Shown here one piece after another: positions 33,455 through 44,218 of a stretch of DNA of 64,000 nucleotides. Each line of letters begins with the position of its first letter. The stretch's first letter is position 1. The notes under the pieces were generated by a model that ran no database searches, was not told where the DNA came from, and worked only from the letters and a program-made list of their open reading frames with translations. The stretch is from Escherichia coli (lineage in GTDB: Bacteria > Pseudomonadota > Gammaproteobacteria > Enterobacterales > Enterobacteriaceae), in NCBI RefSeq assembly GCF_002854065.1, contig NZ_CP024147.1. One strand, 5' to 3'. The translations under genes were made by a program, and so were the position numbers.

Positions 33455-33733
33455 TCAATGACCGCGTGAATCGGCAATGCGTTGCTGTAACCATAATTCG
33501 ACTTCACTTTTCTTCCAGCGGGAGCACCGGCCCAGCTTAATTGGCTTCGGGAACAGTCCGTCTTTTATCAACTTATAGAACCATTTATCCGTCAGCCCCG
33601 TTAGCTTTGTGATGAAGCGCATATCCACCAGTTGGTCATCAAGCAAAGAAATTTGTTCTGTCATGATGCTGTCTTCCATTGTGGGATTATCCTGAGCTGG
33701 TGGTTGATTGCTCGTTACTACCAGCCCTTCCAC
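33455..33733 (-). CDS. AlpA-family phage/island transcriptional regulator
   Basis: HTH-containing C-terminus (ITKLTGLTDKWFYKLIKDGLFPKPIKLGRCSRWKKSEVELWL); the true start may be the internal Met near 33664. Confidence 0.7.
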   Translation of the reverse strand: MEGLVVTSNQPPAQDNPTMEDSIMTEQISLLDDQLVDMRFITKLTGLTDKWFYKLIKDGLFPKPIKLGRCSRWKKSEVELWLQQRIADSRGH

Positions 33734-33771
33734 ATCAATGGATTGATACGTAAAAAAGTGCAGAACGTGAG

Positions 33772-34350
33772 TTATAGTGAGCGAGGACGCCCCAGTCCGC
33801 TGGGCGGCGGTACCTCACTGGCTCCGTAGTGATAGTGACCGTGCTTTTGCTCTTCTTTGGCAAGGTAGCTGATGATGTAGCGCAGGTTATCGATGGCTTC
33901 GGTATCATCGTAGTTCACCGGCTTATCAATACTGACGTCATAAGTAGGTTTGTATTCGCAGCGGTTGTAATAGCCTTCTCGTTGCGTTATTTCCCGCCAT
34001 ATTGTTCCGACTCTCTCAGCTATTGGGTAGGTAGCCTGGTTAAGGTGCCTGTCGAGATAGAACACGATATGAGCATGGCAGCCGTGGTCTACAGAGCTCT
34101 CCAGTACCCAGAAATACCCTGCCAGATTTGTGTGCTGCAGGGTGCGTTCAACCAGCATGCGTACCTCTCGCTCTGTTTCGTTCCATGAATGACGTTTAAA
34201 GCGCTCTGTACCTTTCTGATAGAACAGGTCGAGTCGGAGTGCCTGTATTTGGGAATATCGGTTCAGTAGCTGATTCAGGTGGTCATTGAGTAGAGACAGT
34301 AGAAACCAGTTCATCGTGTATCTGGGGTTAAATGGGTAAGGTGTATGCAT
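33772..34350 (-). CDS. Inovirus Gp2-family protein (island backbone)
   Basis: Family recognised from the conserved core (HAHIVFYLDRH); start uncertain, the longest ORF extends to 34539. Confidence 0.5.
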   Translation of the reverse strand: MHTPYPFNPRYTMNWFLLSLLNDHLNQLLNRYSQIQALRLDLFYQKGTERFKRHSWNETEREVRMLVERTLQHTNLAGYFWVLESSVDHGCHAHIVFYLDRHLNQATYPIAERVGTIWREITQREGYYNRCEYKPTYDVSIDKPVNYDDTEAIDNLRYIISYLAKEEQKHGHYHYGASEVPPPSGLGRPRSL

Positions 34351-34755
34351 TGATTTATCCTTTGTCAGGTGGAGTACAAAGGATTGGGATGGGATGTAAT
34401 TTTTAAGAGAAGCAGAGATACAGGGAACTGCGTATCCAGGGGAATACAGGCAGGGTTGCTTGTTGGGGAAGGGGCTATGAACAGAGTGGTATAGAAACAG
34501 GGAGTCCCCCTTAATTATACTAAAAACCCAAATGTTCATATCTGCTGTTGAACGATGCTAATGAGGTGAGCACAGGAGGATTGTAGGGTGAAAACAACAG
34601 GAATAATGCAGTAAAATGTCAGGCTTTTATCACAATTAAATCAGTAGGATATCAGTAAAAAATCAGCCATTCCTCAGCCTGTGACCCACCTCCCTCTACC
34701 TAAAAGATGCTCATGCTAATCTGTGTTCAGGAGCCAGAATTAGAGGGAGGAGACG

Positions 34756-35673
34756 ATGTTGCATTACGATATGATCCGCTATGAAATAATGTACCTAAAA
34801 ACGCTGGACAGGCATTTCAATACAGATCACTCGTTACTGTGCAGTACTTATGATAGGCCCGATGATTTTCGACGCTTGATCTCTCAGATACTTGAACGGC
34901 ATTTTCTTGGCGATCAGGACAGAATCAAAATTGCGCGGAAAACACTTAAAGAATGGGCTGACCTGCAACTGATTGATAAAGAATATTTTGATTGTTTCAA
35001 AGGCACACCAAGAGCATCGTGGTTTGCTCACCATTATATTTTTGAATACCCAGTATTACCTGCAGGGTTGAAACTTGGTGGGTTGGGGAATGACGTCGGT
35101 TGTTCAGGTGGTTTTAATTCTCTTTTAATGAACGATAATATCTTCACAAATCTTGATTTCTCTAATTTGAATATCGACCTGGACGATATAGATTGGGACC
35201 TGATAACAAATCCACAGGCCACTGCTTCGAAAAAAACGAAACGCGTTTTCTCCCGATTTTATCTGAACGCGGGAGCAAGTACCGATCTGTACAACCCCAC
35301 TCCGGTAACTGAGCGTGAACTCATCAATGGTGTGATGAGGTACATTGATGAAGCACCATGCTCACTTGGAGATAAGATCACTTATTTCAAAAAACTGCAT
35401 GAGCGCTGGCTTGAGCAATATGATTTTTTTCTAACAGATTTTGACTGGATGTCACGTGATGATGAAACTCAGTTAGTATATCTCTGGGACTATCTCAAAG
35501 GAAAGGGACGAATAGCGAGCTATCTTCGCCCTTATAATACGTCTATGCGTTATGACATGATTATTGCGGCTATGGATGTGTGGAACGCCCAACCTGAAGA
35601 GAAGCTGGAGTTTATTGAGAAGATGAAACATGCCTGGCAGGCAGCGAAATCTTACCGGAAATCTGCTAAATAG
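34756..35673 (+). CDS. Hypothetical protein
   Basis: 305 aa ORF with no recognised motif; reasonable coding length and context. Confidence 0.35.
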   Translation: MLHYDMIRYEIMYLKTLDRHFNTDHSLLCSTYDRPDDFRRLISQILERHFLGDQDRIKIARKTLKEWADLQLIDKEYFDCFKGTPRASWFAHHYIFEYPVLPAGLKLGGLGNDVGCSGGFNSLLMNDNIFTNLDFSNLNIDLDDIDWDLITNPQATASKKTKRVFSRFYLNAGASTDLYNPTPVTERELINGVMRYIDEAPCSLGDKITYFKKLHERWLEQYDFFLTDFDWMSRDDETQLVYLWDYLKGKGRIASYLRPYNTSMRYDMIIAAMDVWNAQPEEKLEFIEKMKHAWQAAKSYRKSAK

Positions 35674-36035
35674 CGTTGTGATCGCAGTGATGTCTTGGTC
35701 TGATTTCTCAATGTAGTCATGAATCTGAGTCGACCCAGGGTCCTCTAACTATCTTTTCCTTGTCCCGTTAGGTACAAGCACATACTGTTAAAGATTAATA
35801 TGGCGGGGTATGGACGTCGGAGCTATGCCTACCTTTTAGATCGTTTGCTTCTGACTCGAAGCTTACAAGCTAGCTGATCTGAAGGTCCACTGTGAGCGAG
35901 GAGCGGACACCACGACTCACCAATAACTTGCTGCCCGCTTACGACCCAAAACCACCTATTGTATGTTAATTAATCTAGCAAACAAATGTTTAGCTTTTTA
36001 TCCGGCGAATGAAGCAAGAGAAATTGAACCCATTG

Positions 36036-36512
36036 CTAAGTATTACTGGGATTATTAAAAGGGATAATACTGGCCAATCCGTCATCTACATCAAGACCAT
36101 AGGCAACTGCTATTTCTGCCACAGAGGTACCACACTTTTTTCGCAGTTTAAAAAGCGCTCGCTCAAGCATAGATACTTGCACAGGATGATCAAATCGGAT
36201 GAACTGAGGGGAGCCAACACTGTCACCGAATTCTTGGCATGCCTTTCTCATTTTCCTTAATTGATTTGCTAAATATGAATCGCTCGGTAAACCTTGTAGG
36301 ATTTTAGTCAATTCAGATCTAATGCTGATAACACTCTGAATGCAATGACTAGTATCCTCCATATCGACAGGATTGAAAAGAACTCGCTTGTCCTCAAGAA
36401 AAATGACGATCTTCTTCGCTTCGTCAGCTTCTATTATTGGAGCATTCCACTGAATCCCGAATATAGGGCAGCTAAGGCCTGTAATATTTTTATAGATTCG
36501 TTCAAATTTCAA
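36036..36512 (-). CDS. Hypothetical protein
   Basis: 158 aa ORF convergent with the preceding gene; no recognised motif. Confidence 0.3.
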   Translation of the reverse strand: MKFERIYKNITGLSCPIFGIQWNAPIIEADEAKKIVIFLEDKRVLFNPVDMEDTSHCIQSVISIRSELTKILQGLPSDSYLANQLRKMRKACQEFGDSVGSPQFIRFDHPVQVSMLERALFKLRKKCGTSVAEIAVAYGLDVDDGLASIIPFNNPSNT

Positions 36513-37085
36513 AACTCACTCCTTTGATGGACACATAACGCCTATACAGTCATGATGAGAAACGGACTCGGTTCGAGTAATCTGTTAGATAGCATCACTC
36601 GTAACTACTGTAAAAATAGTTGCTATCATGCTTATTGTCACTATAAATATTACTTAATGTCAGTCAGTTAAGAACGATTATTATCCCCCACAATATAAAA
36701 TGTGTGTGGGGGCTATTTTTTCCAAGAGGTAGGCTTCATCAAAGATAAACTACATGAGAAGAACGCCTTAACTTGCTCAAATGGATTGTGTTACAACAGT
36801 CTTGGTAACGTTTGCTATTGGCACATAGCGGGTCTTCAACCCAGTTAGCTCGCCCATTCTGTGCAAGTAGTGGACAATGAATGAAAAGATATTGGGTCGG
36901 ATTAACCTTGCGAAGGCCATCTAAGTCTGTGACGAACATTTCTTCAAGCATCTGAGGCCCTCAGCTCGCACCTAGAATTTTAATTTTGATGCATTTTGCC
37001 TTAGCTTGAGCATTGGAATGTGGCCTGATAACCGGTGTTTTCTTTTACTGGCCGTCCACAGACTCGATGACGCATTTATTCCCGA

Positions 37086-38903
37086 CTACCTTAAACCTGC
37101 CCCTCTCATTCGCTCCTCCAGTTCATCCAGAAATGGGGAACGCCCTAGACGCATAGGGCCGTAGCGACCATCAACAAAACCGGAATACAGCATATGCACC
37201 TCGTCCCGTGCGCGGGTCAGCCCCACATAGAAAAGACGTCGGCTTTCACGCAGCTTCTCTGGCGTCTCATTACGCCACGGCAAATTCCCCAGATCTAAGC
37301 CGACCATGATAACCACGTCATATTCGCAACCTTTGGCTGAGTGAAGTGTCAGCAAATTGAGGTGCTCAGGTGAACCGTCACGACCACCTAGGCTCGTGAT
37401 ATCCAACATCGCTAACGCACCGCCTTCGGCAAGTGCTGCAGTCATGCGATCTAGTTGCTCAGCCTGATCAGAAAGCGTTGGTTCAGTTGCCAGCAGGGAA
37501 TCAACGAGACCGTTGCGCAACGACGCGACAAAATCGGATGCAGAATGTTGGTCGGCACGAAGTGCCCAAAGTAGCCTGGTTAACTCCTGCCCCTTACTCC
37601 GGGCGCATGCATCATCCAGCCTTGCCCGATGAAATGCCAGATAACGGTCTATAAGTCCGCGCAGTTGAGGGCGCCCGATACGCCAACCGCCAGCACACCA
37701 TGCTGCGCAATCCTCCACCCAGCTCGTCAAGGCAACTTTGCGATAAGGTGCTGCGGTATCCACACGAATGTAATCAAAACCGCTAGCTGTCACCGCATCG
37801 GCCACAACATCGCCGGCACGGTAGTCCTTGTACAGAATGGCGATATCACCCAGTGTTCGGCCCGGCTTAGCAGCCAACGCAGCAGGAATAATCTGCTCGA
37901 CAGCATAGACAGCCTGATCCCCCAAGCCATCCGGACACAGCTGGAACGCAATGGTTGTCTGGCGGTTTGGGTCGTTTGCGCGATAACCACGAACCTCACC
38001 CAACACCATCTCCGATGCATTCACGATGTCCGCTCCTGATCTATAGTTCAACTGGAGCCGGACTGTTTCAACGTCTCTCCTGCCTGCCAGTTCTAGTAGT
38101 AACGCACCATCGGCACCAGTGAAACCGTAAATAGATTGGTCTGCATCACCCACTGCAAATAAGCGTACGCCTCCCTCGAAAGCCAGACGTTTGACCATAC
38201 GATGGAGTGCCACGCCCAAATCTTGATATTCATCTACCGCAAGGATCGGAAATTTCGCCTGTACTAGGGGCAGAACCCAATCATGCTCAATTATCAGACG
38301 CTGACCAAATATCACCATATCGTCGTAGTCTATCAGCCCTTGCTGCCGCAATGCAGCTTCGTAGGCCTCGGCCCATGCAGCGAGTTCCTCCTCTGTACGC
38401 CAGGCAACGCTGTTGCGATTCAACACCGAACGGCGATGCCGTCCGAGATCAATAGCCTTATAGGGATGGTTTGCGCCAAAGAGACGGTCACCAGATTGTC
38501 GAAGTAACCGTTCGCTCTCGCGCTGAGACGCTACTGACAGCGGAAATGGGATTGGCAGATCGGCCAGTCGCCCATAGGGCATCAACAGATGGCGCAAGCA
38601 GAACCCATGAACGGTTCCAATAAAGAGATTCGGTGCCTCTCTAAGCCCCAGCGCTTCGAGACGACGGGTTAGCTCGCGTGCGCATTCTTGGCTATATGTG
38701 ATACATGCCGCACCACGTGGAGCTTGAACATCCTCAGCTAGGATTCGTGCCAGCTTCAGCACAAGCGTCTTTGTCTTACCACTCCCCGGGCCCGCGAGCA
38801 CCACGCAGTGTCCCTGGGAGTGATACGCGGATAACTGGCCCGGATTCCCGGCCAGCTCGGCAGCCTGAGCTAAGTAGGCTGCACTGACACTACGTGACGG
38901 CAT
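37086..38903 (-). CDS. gajB: UvrD/PcrA-family SF1 helicase, GajB-like
   Basis: Motifs VLAGPGSGKTKTL (Walker A), ILAVDEYQDLG (motif II), AVGDADQSIYGFTGA (motif III); start set at the ATG overlapping the upstream gene by 14 bp. Confidence 0.7.
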   Translation of the reverse strand: MPSRSVSAAYLAQAAELAGNPGQLSAYHSQGHCVVLAGPGSGKTKTLVLKLARILAEDVQAPRGAACITYSQECARELTRRLEALGLREAPNLFIGTVHGFCLRHLLMPYGRLADLPIPFPLSVASQRESERLLRQSGDRLFGANHPYKAIDLGRHRRSVLNRNSVAWRTEEELAAWAEAYEAALRQQGLIDYDDMVIFGQRLIIEHDWVLPLVQAKFPILAVDEYQDLGVALHRMVKRLAFEGGVRLFAVGDADQSIYGFTGADGALLLELAGRRDVETVRLQLNYRSGADIVNASEMVLGEVRGYRANDPNRQTTIAFQLCPDGLGDQAVYAVEQIIPAALAAKPGRTLGDIAILYKDYRAGDVVADAVTASGFDYIRVDTAAPYRKVALTSWVEDCAAWCAGGWRIGRPQLRGLIDRYLAFHRARLDDACARSKGQELTRLLWALRADQHSASDFVASLRNGLVDSLLATEPTLSDQAEQLDRMTAALAEGGALAMLDITSLGGRDGSPEHLNLLTLHSAKGCEYDVVIMVGLDLGNLPWRNETPEKLRESRRLFYVGLTRARDEVHMLYSGFVDGRYGPMRLGRSPFLDELEERMRGAGLR

Positions 38904-40674
38904 CGCAGATATACTCCAGTGCTTCACGAATGTAATCCGGGCATACATCCTCCGACACCGAGGGTGCCAGCGCTTGGGCGAACCGCCCTTTGCCAATTCG
39001 CTCAATCAGTTTCAACAACCGGACATTATCAAGCTGGTCCGTGTCATCCACCCACGCCTGTATCCTGTTCAGAGTAGCTCGTCTAGGAGACAATTCCTGC
39101 TCGATAACCAACTTCATGGCTTCGCCCAGTCCACCGGTAAACAGCTCTGGCTCCAGAGTGGTCTCATTGACGAAGCATCCAAAATCTCCGGCACGTGCAA
39201 TCACCTCCTCGGTAGTCATATCATCATGATCAACATCGCTCTCAAGCACGTCTAAGATATTGATAAATCTCTTACGAACCAGCGGCTCTCCATCCTCCTC
39301 AGGATCGCGGTCTGTCAGAATCACATGTGGAATATTGAGTCCCCGCGGCCCTAGGAGCTTCACATACGGAGTGAAATTTGTTCCACCGATCGAGCACACC
39401 GTGATCCCAAGCATATCTAGGGGAATATTAAGAGCATCAGCGAATGCTGGGACAAGAAAGCGTTCAGCATCCCCTTCCACCAAGATCACCCCACGTGAAA
39501 AGAATATTTCGCCGCGAGTGACATCGATATAGCGCTGCAGATCATCTTCGTCCCGCGGCGTAAACGGTGCGTTTGCCGTTGAAACCGCAATCGTCTTCCC
39601 TCCCTCCGGATCATGGCGCAGCAAAACGATGGATCTGATTGGTGTGACGCTGGCGATATGCGGGGAATGGGTGGTCAGGATCGTTGTCAACGGTGTTCCT
39701 TCATCACCATTGTCTCCGTCAGTCCCTAGGAAATAACGGTAAACCAGGCGCTGTACGTGCGGATGTAGGTGCGCTTCCGGCTCCTCGACTACGAAAAACG
39801 TATGGTCTCGTTCTCCGTCATTAACAAGACGATCAAGTTCGAGGCTTTTTAGGGCAAGAAAAATCAGATTAGCTGTCCCCAGACTGGCATCGCCAATGCC
39901 ACGAATGCCACTATCAAGCAGCAAACGCAGGCTACGTAGCAGCGCATCAACGCGAGTCGGTGCAAGTCCGAGCGATACCGGAACGGCATGTTGCTCACCT
40001 GCGATAGCTATCAACCTTTCGCTAATTCGTTCGGCTGTCGCTGCCACCTCATCATGATCAGCCAGTTCCCGTTGAGCCTCATCAACTTGGGTTTGAATCT
40101 CCTCACGAGTCTCGTCGTCCAGAGATGCGGACAGTTCTTCAATAAGCGGTCTTAAGGGTGAATTACGCCAGCTTGAAAGGTCCTTCTCGGCATCACGCAA
40201 CGCGCCTTGAACATCAATGGGCAACATACGGCGAAAGGCACCACCAATATGCATGTCAGGATCAGCTCCACCGAAGATCACATACTCATAATCTTTTAAC
40301 GATTCAGGAGCTCGATTTAACGCGGTTTTGGGCTGAAAGCGGTAGGTAAGACGGGCCACCATCGGAGGCCCCGGATTTAGGACACAGTCATTCAGATGAG
40401 CCATCAATCGGGGATCGTCAGTGAACTCAGTAAGATCCACTGAAATTTCGATGGTCTCCCCCAGTTTGTCTTCGCCCAATCCATCCCAAAAATGTTCAAA
40501 ACCCAGTTGACGGTCACGCTCAGACAACCCTGGGTCAAGAATCAGCTGCAGGCCGCGAATAAAATTGCTCTTGCCAACCTTGTTTTCACCAACAATAACA
40601 ATACTCTCACCCGTTTCAACATCAACATCGGAGAAGTTGGCGAAATTAATTAACCGGATTCGGGAAATCCGCAT
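38890..40674 (-). CDS. gajA: OLD-family ATPase with C-terminal TOPRIM nuclease domain, GajA-like
   Basis: N-terminal ABC ATPase (IRLINFANF, GENKVGKSN, VVEEPEAHLHP, LTTHSP) and C-terminal TOPRIM (VILVEGDAERFLVPAF). Confidence 0.7.
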   Translation of the reverse strand: MRISRIRLINFANFSDVDVETGESIVIVGENKVGKSNFIRGLQLILDPGLSERDRQLGFEHFWDGLGEDKLGETIEISVDLTEFTDDPRLMAHLNDCVLNPGPPMVARLTYRFQPKTALNRAPESLKDYEYVIFGGADPDMHIGGAFRRMLPIDVQGALRDAEKDLSSWRNSPLRPLIEELSASLDDETREEIQTQVDEAQRELADHDEVAATAERISERLIAIAGEQHAVPVSLGLAPTRVDALLRSLRLLLDSGIRGIGDASLGTANLIFLALKSLELDRLVNDGERDHTFFVVEEPEAHLHPHVQRLVYRYFLGTDGDNGDEGTPLTTILTTHSPHIASVTPIRSIVLLRHDPEGGKTIAVSTANAPFTPRDEDDLQRYIDVTRGEIFFSRGVILVEGDAERFLVPAFADALNIPLDMLGITVCSIGGTNFTPYVKLLGPRGLNIPHVILTDRDPEEDGEPLVRKRFINILDVLESDVDHDDMTTEEVIARAGDFGCFVNETTLEPELFTGGLGEAMKLVIEQELSPRRATLNRIQAWVDDTDQLDNVRLLKLIERIGKGRFAQALAPSVSEDVCPDYIREALEYICDAVT

Positions 40675-41229
40675 TACTGCCTCCCTATCTTTTTAATTAT
40701 CTTCCCAAAATAAGAGTAGAACTCAAACCACAAGAGACTGCCTGGCACGACCAAATTTGCTGAGGGATACGGTTGCGATCAGAACGGTACTTGGTCATTG
40801 CACATTTTTTACTGTTCAAATCTATGCGTCCAACGAAGGTAACAACCTATCGTAACAGAGAGCTAAAACATGCCTATGATCCATCTCACATAGTGGCTGT
40901 TTGTCGTCACAGTCTTACAATGCACTCTGTGCAATGCATTACTCCCATTGGCCGACCAGACCGATGAACTGGCACGGCGGTGTGCTTCACACACTCTAGC
41001 GATACGGCACAATATCAACAGACACTGACTGGCCTCGTCAAAATAGTACAGTACAGACTTAGCACCGTCTGACTTTGGCGCTAAGCGGAGATCTTTCAGT
41101 CTTGGACTGCACAAAGTCCTTTGCGTTAATCTAAAATTCCAAATAATTTCAGACAGATATTATCTCATTGAATCCCCGCCTTCCTGACTGGATCGCGGGG
41201 TTTTTAATTTTTCACGCTGAGACTTCTGT

Positions 41230-42105
41230 ATGAATAAACCTGACGGCCTTCAGGCCTTTGAACAACCGCTTGCGTCGCTTCCGTGCACACTTCGCCAGCT
41301 TATTCTTGAACGTATCCAGAACCTGACCCATTACGAGCCGGTGATTGGAATCATGGGCAAAAGTGGTACAGGTAAATCCTCTCTCTGCAACGAACTTTTC
41401 CGGGGCGAGGTGTCCCCGGTGAGTGACGTGAATGCCTGTACTCGCGACGTGCTGCGTTTCCGGTTACGCAGTGGGCGTCACAGCCTGGTGATTGTTGATT
41501 TACCGGGCGTGGGCGAAAACGGGCAGCGGGATCAAGAATACCGTGCCCTGTACCGTCGAATCCTGCCGGAGCTGGACCTGGTGCTGTGGGTCATTAAGGC
41601 CGATGATCGGGCACTAACCGTGGACGAGCAGTTCTGGCACGGTGTGATGCAAACTTACAGGCAAAAGGTACTGTTCGTGATTAACCAGGCCGACAAAATC
41701 GAACCCTGCCATGAATGGGATACCCTCACCAGCAAACCTTCACCGCACCAACTGGGAAATCTTAAAGCGAAGCAGGCTGCGATTATGGTGATGTTTAAAC
41801 CGCATCATCCGGTCTGTGTGGTGTCAGCCCGCACTGGATGGGGCATTGAGGAGATGGTGGCAGCCATGATGCGCTGTCTGCCTGACCGCGCCACCAGCCC
41901 GGTGGTGACACAACTGCACAGGAAACTCTGCACAGAGCCGGTAAAGTCGCAGGCTCGTGACAGTTTCGGTGAAGCTGTGGGCCGGGTTTTCGATACCGCA
42001 GAATCATCTTCGTTCCTGTCTACATCGCTGAAAACGGTGATTCGTAGCGTGCGTGATGCGGTGGTGTCGGTCGCACGGGCCGTCTGGGACTGGATATTCT
42101 TCTGA
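41230..42105 (+). CDS. YfjP/YkfA-family GTPase (prophage CP4-57-like)
   Basis: G1 motif GKSGTGKSS, DLPG, NQADK. Confidence 0.75.
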   Translation: MNKPDGLQAFEQPLASLPCTLRQLILERIQNLTHYEPVIGIMGKSGTGKSSLCNELFRGEVSPVSDVNACTRDVLRFRLRSGRHSLVIVDLPGVGENGQRDQEYRALYRRILPELDLVLWVIKADDRALTVDEQFWHGVMQTYRQKVLFVINQADKIEPCHEWDTLTSKPSPHQLGNLKAKQAAIMVMFKPHHPVCVVSARTGWGIEEMVAAMMRCLPDRATSPVVTQLHRKLCTEPVKSQARDSFGEAVGRVFDTAESSSFLSTSLKTVIRSVRDAVVSVARAVWDWIFF

Positions 42106-42348
42106 TATCGCAATTTTCTCTGCGAATGATGAACTTGTTGTTAATGATGTGTTGATTGTGGACACGTCCTTTCCATTGCGTTTTATCATCAACAAAATCA
42201 GGAGAAGCATCATTATCTGTCAGACGAGCGCTCACAAGGCCGGGCTGCTCATAAAAAATAGTTCCGATGTTGTCCATACCCTGTCCACCCCTTCCTTTAA
42301 AGTAATCATTATTAATTCAGAGAGTTAACTTCTCAGGAGAAATCTTTC

Positions 42349-43065
42349 ATGACGCTTCAGGAGCGGCGACATGACCGGCTTGCCGTCAGGTTGTCGTTGA
42401 TTATCAGCCGCCTGGTGTCCGGTGAAACTCTGTTTATTCGCAAACTGGCAACTGAATTCGGGGTGTCAGAGCGCACGTTACGTCGTGACTTTCGGGAACG
42501 TCTGATGTATCTCGACCTGGATTATTACCAGGGGCAGTGCAGTCTGCGCTCGGATATTCACAGTACGCGGCAGGAAATAGATATTCTGACCTTTGCTCAC
42601 CGTACGGGGCTGGCCGGGGTTTTCCCGGGCTTTGACCGGCGACTGGTCAGCAGCCTGCTGGACTGTGATGATCGACCCTGTCTGGTATGGCATCAGGACA
42701 GACCTCATCCCCCGGCAGGAAAGCTCTCCTTCTACAGGCTGGTCAGAGCTATTTCTGAATGTCAGCGCATCACCATTCTGACTGAAGGGGAGCGTCATGA
42801 GGCCGTTGCACCTTACCGGCTAATCGCTCTGGACGGTTACTGGTATCTGGTCGCTGAACATAACAGGCAATTACGTGTCTTCCGGCTGGATGAGATTCAT
42901 CTGGTAAGGCCATCGCGGGAAACATTTATTCGCAGTGAGCTTCTCTATCAGCTGTCGGAGGATAAACATTTTATCTCTGCCTTACCTCATTTCCGTTTTA
43001 TTCAGCAGTCGCTGAATTCATTTTCTCCCTCAGAAAGTCGGGGGCAATCCGGACAAACTGATTAG
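42349..43065 (+). CDS. WYL-domain transcriptional regulator (YfjR-like)
   Basis: N-terminal HTH ([14 protein letters not shown]) and WYL-like region (DGYWYLVA). Confidence 0.65.
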   Translation: MTLQERRHDRLAVRLSLIISRLVSGETLFIRKLATEFGVSERTLRRDFRERLMYLDLDYYQGQCSLRSDIHSTRQEIDILTFAHRTGLAGVFPGFDRRLVSSLLDCDDRPCLVWHQDRPHPPAGKLSFYRLVRAISECQRITILTEGERHEAVAPYRLIALDGYWYLVAEHNRQLRVFRLDEIHLVRPSRETFIRSELLYQLSEDKHFISALPHFRFIQQSLNSFSPSESRGQSGQTD

Positions 43066-43100
43066 AGATGGTCTCCATAATTAAATGTAAGGTTAATCTA

Positions 43101-43553
43101 ATGAAAGAATTGAAATTGTTGTCTTTACTGCCAGTCATATTGTTCCCCTTACTTATCGCAGGTAATGCTCACGCAGCACGTCCTTATAGCGGATTCCTGC
43201 CTGCAGCAGTGAATAATAAGAGTGGGAATATATTCTGGTGTGATGCCCACCGCCAGGTCAGAAAACTGTGTACAGCGACGGAAGTGGATTCAATGGGATG
43301 GTTTATTGTTGTTCGCTCGAAACCTTCCAGAGATTGTCCGGGGGGCCTTTGGGGGTGGATCACTCCCAGTAAAGACGATGTAGCAACAGGGTATACCATT
43401 ACGCCAGGTAAAGAATTCAATCTCACCATGAAGGATATGTGCAGTCCCGATATGAAAGTAACGTTCCGCCCGAATAAAAAGGACCCTCGTTATGACGATC
43501 TCGTCGGGATTTATGCAGGGAAAGAAGCTTTTCGCTACAAACAAATAAAATAA
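43101..43553 (+). CDS. Lipoprotein/secreted protein (YfjS-like)
   Basis: Signal peptide MKELKLLSLLPVILFPLLIAGNAHA. Confidence 0.5.
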   Translation: MKELKLLSLLPVILFPLLIAGNAHAARPYSGFLPAAVNNKSGNIFWCDAHRQVRKLCTATEVDSMGWFIVVRSKPSRDCPGGLWGWITPSKDDVATGYTITPGKEFNLTMKDMCSPDMKVTFRPNKKDPRYDDLVGIYAGKEAFRYKQIK

Positions 43554-43624
43554 TCCAACTGTTTTTTCGTTACTTTATTGTTTTAAACAACAAAAGCCTT
43601 ATTACATGATTTGAGGACAACATT

Positions 43625-44098
43625 ATGCGACTGCCTTACGTAATATTTACATTAGCTATGCTGGCTTCTGTATCAACAGCACAGGCTATTCCCAATATGT
43701 GGACGAGTGGTTTTGGGATGGGCGTGACCGAATATATTATTACCAGCCCGGAGAAGGTGGTGTTTAATCTGAACTGTACTGGCAATCCGGATGCGCAGAA
43801 TATTCTGCAACACGGTGTTGATCTCACCCTGCCTGATGGAACATCAGTAAGCTCTCATGACGACGGAACGGAAATCACGGTCGTCATGGATAACAGTCAG
43901 TATCCGTTACCGTCATTCCTCGGCTGGCGAAACGGTGACAATGCCTGGGTGTCATTTATTGACGCCCTGAGCCAGTCTGCGAATTTTGATGTTTACGTCA
44001 ACGATAAAAAAGTCGGCACCTTCAGTCCGGGGCTGAAGAATACGCAGAAAGAGCTGTCTGACCTCAGTGAGTGCCGGACCACACACTACAGCGATTAG
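43625..44098 (+). CDS. Secreted protein (YfjT-like)
   Basis: Signal peptide MRLPYVIFTLAMLASVSTAQA. Confidence 0.5.
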   Translation: MRLPYVIFTLAMLASVSTAQAIPNMWTSGFGMGVTEYIITSPEKVVFNLNCTGNPDAQNILQHGVDLTLPDGTSVSSHDDGTEITVVMDNSQYPLPSFLGWRNGDNAWVSFIDALSQSANFDVYVNDKKVGTFSPGLKNTQKELSDLSECRTTHYSD

Positions 44099-44218
44099 TT
44101 ACTTACATTTCAGACCTCTCCAGCCCGCTACGCACCAACACCAGATAGCAACAGGCCATGCTCCTTCGGGAACATGGCCTTTTTTGTTTTTATTTGATTA
44201 TCAGATAAGGAGTTAGCT

